DNA of 26,841 nt from a virus. Taxonomy: Duplodnaviria; Heunggongvirae; Uroviricota; Caudoviricetes. Shown here one piece after another: positions 23,594 through 26,841 of the stretch. The stretch is taken from IMG/VR virus record IMGVR_UViG_2802429248_000008, positions 1-26,841 of that record. One strand, given 5' to 3'. The notes beneath the pieces were generated by a model, which saw nothing but the letters and a program-made list of their open reading frames with translations, was not told the origin of the DNA and did not search any database. The stretch's first letter is position 1. Each line of letters starts with the position of its first letter. Position numbers and translations under genes: made by a program.

Positions 23594-24490
23594 ATGCCTG
23601 CCGTTGACCTTTCCCAGTTACCGGAACCCGCCATCATCGCGGAGCCTGATTTTGAGGCAATTCTGGTTGATACAAAGGCCATGATGATTGCGGCTTATCC
23701 CGCCGAACAGCGTGAAGCCGTCTCCGCCGCGCTGGAGCTGGAATCGGAGCCCCTGAACGTTATCGCCCAGACAACAGCGTTTCGTGAAATGCTGTTACGC
23801 CAGCGGGTCAATGAGGGTGCACGCGCCTGCATGCTAAGCCACAGCGCCGGGACAGACCTGGACAACCTCGCGGGCAATATGAACACAAAGCGCCTGGTTA
23901 TCACTCCGGCAACGGATACCACCGACGCGGTGATGGAAAGTGACACCTCGCTGAGACTGCGGGCGCAACGGGCGTATGACGGTCTGAGTGTTGCTGGCCC
24001 GTCAGGTGCATACGAGTATTTTGCACGCAGCGCCAGCGGTCTGGTGCGTGATGCGCGGGCTATCAGTCCGTCTCCGGCAAATGTGACGGTTTCCATCCTG
24101 TCCACTGAAGGCGACGGCACAGCAACGGAGGCGTTGCTTAATACCGTTCGCGCCGTTCTGAATGCAGAGGATACCCGCCCGGTGGCCGACCGCCTGACCG
24201 TACAGAGCGCCAGAATCGTGACATGGCGGCTGAATGCAAAGCTGTACTTTTACCCCGGCCCGGAATCCGAACCTATTCTGGCTGCGGCTGAATCGTCGTT
24301 CAGGAAGTGGCTGGCTGAACAGGGGCTTATCGGTCAGGACGTGGCGCTGTCCGCCATTGCTGCCGCACTTCATGTGCACGGCGTGCAACGCGTGGAGATA
24401 ATCGAACCCACACAGAATATGGCCATCAGCGACATACAGGCGGCGCGCTGTGAGTCATTCACCATCAGCGAAGGTGGGCGCAATGAGTAA
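23594..24490 (+). CDS. J: Baseplate assembly protein (P2 gpJ family)
   Basis: 298 aa, follows W by 3 nt; size and order match P2 J. Confidence 0.85.
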   Translation: MPAVDLSQLPEPAIIAEPDFEAILVDTKAMMIAAYPAEQREAVSAALELESEPLNVIAQTTAFREMLLRQRVNEGARACMLSHSAGTDLDNLAGNMNTKRLVITPATDTTDAVMESDTSLRLRAQRAYDGLSVAGPSGAYEYFARSASGLVRDARAISPSPANVTVSILSTEGDGTATEALLNTVRAVLNAEDTRPVADRLTVQSARIVTWRLNAKLYFYPGPESEPILAAAESSFRKWLAEQGLIGQDVALSAIAAALHVHGVQRVEIIEPTQNMAISDIQAARCESFTISEGGRNE

Positions 24491-25010
24491 TTCGTTGTTA
24501 CCACCATCAGCCAGCAATTTCATGCGTTGTGCCGAAGCCGTCGGAACACGCATTACAGACATTCCGGTAGACCTCAACACGCTGTGGTCACCGGATACCT
24601 GCCCGGTACATCTGCTGCCTTATCTCGCCTGGGCGTTTTCCGTTGACCGCTGGGATCGCAACTGGCCGGAAGAGACAAAGCGACAGGTGATTCGTGATGC
24701 ATGGCTGATACACCGACACAAAGGAACCATCAGCGCCCTGCGACGAGCCATTGAACCGCTGGGATACCTCATTCGCGTGTCTGAGTGGTGGGAGTTCGAC
24801 GGCGAACCCGGAACATTCAAGGTTGATGTTGGCACGCTGGACAGTGGTGTGACCGAGGAAATGTATCTGGAAATGGAACGGCTGATTGCCGATGCCAAAC
24901 CCGCAAGTCGCCACCTTATCGGCCTGAACATTATCCAGGACATTCCCGGCTATCTGTATACAGGCGGTGTGGTCTGTGATGGTGATGTTATTACTGTTTA
25001 TCCCGGATAA
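24483..25010 (+). CDS. I: Baseplate protein (P2 gpI family)
   Basis: ATG 24483 overlapping the J stop (ATGAGTAA); N-terminal MSNSLLPP resembles P2 I; 175 aa. Confidence 0.8.
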   Translation: MSNSLLPPSASNFMRCAEAVGTRITDIPVDLNTLWSPDTCPVHLLPYLAWAFSVDRWDRNWPEETKRQVIRDAWLIHRHKGTISALRRAIEPLGYLIRVSEWWEFDGEPGTFKVDVGTLDSGVTEEMYLEMERLIADAKPASRHLIGLNIIQDIPGYLYTGGVVCDGDVITVYPG

Positions 25011-25020
25011 GTGAGAAACA

Positions 25021-26841
25021 ATGAGCACGAAATTTAAAACCGTTATCACTACTGCCGGAGCCGCGAAGCTGGCAGCCGCCACTGTTCCCGGCGGGAAAAA
25101 AGTAAACCTGTCTGCAATGGCCGTGGGTGACGGTAATGGCAAATTGCCGGTGCCGGATGCCGGTCAGACGAAACTGGTGCATGAGGTCTGGCGTCACGCC
25201 CTGAATAAAGTCAGCGTGGATAATAAGAATAAAAACTATATCGTGGCTGAACTGGTTGTTCCGCCAGAAGTGGGCGGCTTCTGGATGCGTGAGCTTGGTC
25301 TGTATGACGATGCCGGAACACTGATTGCGGTCGCCAACATGGCGGAAAGCTATAAGCCTGAACTGGCTGAAGGCTCCGGACGTGCGCAGACCTGCCGCAT
25401 GGTCATTATTGTCAGTAACGTGGCGTCCGTTGAGCTGAGTATTGATGCCAGCACAGTGATGGCGACGCAGGATTACGTCGATGACAAAATCGCAGAGCAT
25501 GAGCAGTCCCGCCGCCATCCTGACGCCACGCTGACAGAAAAAGGTTTTACTCAGTTAAGCAGTGCAACAAACAGCACCAGTGAGTCATTGGCAGCAACGC
25601 CAAAAGCGGTCAAGGCAGCAAATGACAACGCAAATTCACGTCTGGCGAAAAATCAGAATGGTGCAGATATCCAGGATAAATCAGCTTTTCTGGACAATGT
25701 TGGCGTTACCAGCCTGACGTTTATGAAAAACAATGGCGAAATGCCGGTTGATGCTGATCTGAATACGTTTGGTCCTGTTAAGGCTTATTCAGGTATCTGG
25801 TCTAAAGCTACATCCACTAACGCGACGGCTGCTAAAAATTTCCCTGAAGACGGTGCAGTCGGTGTACTGGAGGTATTCAATGGCGGTAATTTTTCAGGAA
25901 TGCAGCGTTATACCACCAGAACAGGCAATGTTTATATGCGCAACCTTTCTGGCACATGGAATGGTTCAGACGGTCCGTGGAGTTACTGGCGTCAGGTTCA
26001 GTCTGCAACACGCCCCCTGAGCACAACCATTGACCTGAACACGCTCGGAGGCGCAGAGCATCTTGGTTTATGGCGAAACAGTAGTGGCTCAATCGCTTCA
26101 TTTGACCGCAACTATCCGGAAGAAGGAAGTTATGGTCAGGGACTCCTTGAAGTTCTTGAAGGTGGTGGTTACTCGCGAACGCAGCGTTACACGACCCGCC
26201 GTGGAAATGTTTATGTTCGCTGTCTTTCGGCCTCGTGGGATGCAGAGAACCCACAGTGGGAGCCGTGGTCAAGAGTGGGCTACCAGTCAGAAAGCCGTTA
26301 TTACGACGGTGATTTGAATGATGTAACCTCACCAGGTATTTACAGCGTTACAGGTAAAGCGACCAATGGTCCAATACTGGACGGAAACGGCGTGACAGTC
26401 CTCGGTATTCTGGAAGTGTTGAGGCGCTTTGATGGTGTTAACGTATGGCAGCGTTATACAACTGCCGGAACAGGTACAACCCTTAAAGGTCGCACGTTTG
26501 AGCGCGTTTTTACCGGCAGCTCATGGAGCGAATGGCGGGAAGTTTACACATCTTATTCACTTCCCCTGAATCTGGGTATCGGTGGCGCAGTAGCAAAACT
26601 CACCAGCCTGGACTGGCAGACATACGATTTTGTGCCGGGCAGTCTGATAACCGTTCGGCTGGATAACATGACCAATATTCCCGACGGTATGGACTGGGGC
26701 GTCATTGATGGCAACCTGATAAACATCTCAGTCGGTCCGAGTGATGATTCCGGTACGGGGCGCTCAATGCATGTATGGCGCAGCACCGTAAGTAAAGCGA
26801 ACTACCGCTTTTTTATGGTGCGTATTTCAGGAAATCCGGGA
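25021..26841 (+). CDS. H: Tail fibre protein (P2 gpH family), 5' partial, runs off the window
   Basis: ATG 25021; open frame of 607 codons with no stop to the window end. N-terminal ~150 aa (MSTKFKTVITTAGAAKLAAATVPGGKKVNLSAMAVGDGNGKLP...) is typical of the conserved baseplate-attachment domain of P2-like tail fibres; distal part has three internal repeats. Confidence 0.85.
   Translation, partial: MSTKFKTVITTAGAAKLAAATVPGGKKVNLSAMAVGDGNGKLPVPDAGQTKLVHEVWRHALNKVSVDNKNKNYIVAELVVPPEVGGFWMRELGLYDDAGTLIAVANMAESYKPELAEGSGRAQTCRMVIIVSNVASVELSIDASTVMATQDYVDDKIAEHEQSRRHPDATLTEKGFTQLSSATNSTSESLAATPKAVKAANDNANSRLAKNQNGADIQDKSAFLDNVGVTSLTFMKNNGEMPVDADLNTFGPVKAYSGIWSKATSTNATAAKNFPEDGAVGVLEVFNGGNFSGMQRYTTRTGNVYMRNLSGTWNGSDGPWSYWRQVQSATRPLSTTIDLNTLGGAEHLGLWRNSSGSIASFDRNYPEEGSYGQGLLEVLEGGGYSRTQRYTTRRGNVYVRCLSASWDAENPQWEPWSRVGYQSESRYYDGDLNDVTSPGIYSVTGKATNGPILDGNGVTVLGILEVLRRFDGVNVWQRYTTAGTGTTLKGRTFERVFTGSSWSEWREVYTSYSLPLNLGIGGAVAKLTSLDWQTYDFVPGSLITVRLDNMTNIPDGMDWGVIDGNLINISVGPSDDSGTGRSMHVWRSTVSKANYRFFMVRISGNPG

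Overview
This window is the int-proximal ~27 kb of a P2-like (Peduovirus-type) temperate prophage from an enterobacterial host, read in prophage order. All calls rest on reading the six-frame translations and on family motifs recalled from memory; no database search was run. Layout: a two-gene cargo operon at the prophage edge (193-1155, minus) and a tyrosine integrase (1142-2134, minus); an XRE-type C repressor (2184-2492, minus) facing a cox-like gene across a 20-bp perfect palindrome operator; an expanded early region of about 14 small ORFs that includes a small membrane protein plus SPFH/band-7 lipoprotein pair; a 320-bp noncoding junction with two terminator-like hairpins; and an HUH rolling-circle replication protein A (7971-10793). 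The slot that holds orf91/tin/old in P2 instead carries a complete ParM/ParR actin-like partition cassette with upstream dyad repeats, followed by two coupled ORFs of unknown function. Then come the presumed cos region, portal Q and large terminase P (minus), and on the plus strand scaffold O, capsid N, small terminase M, L, X, holin, an M15-type endolysin, overlapping spanins, R, S, baseplate V/W/J/I and the 5' 1.8 kb of tail-fibre gene H, which runs off the window. The strongest candidates for an undescribed system are the parMRC cassette with its two downstream ORFs, the integrase-linked cargo pair (zinc-ribbon protein plus an 11-residue-repeat membrane-anchored protein), and the SPFH pair.
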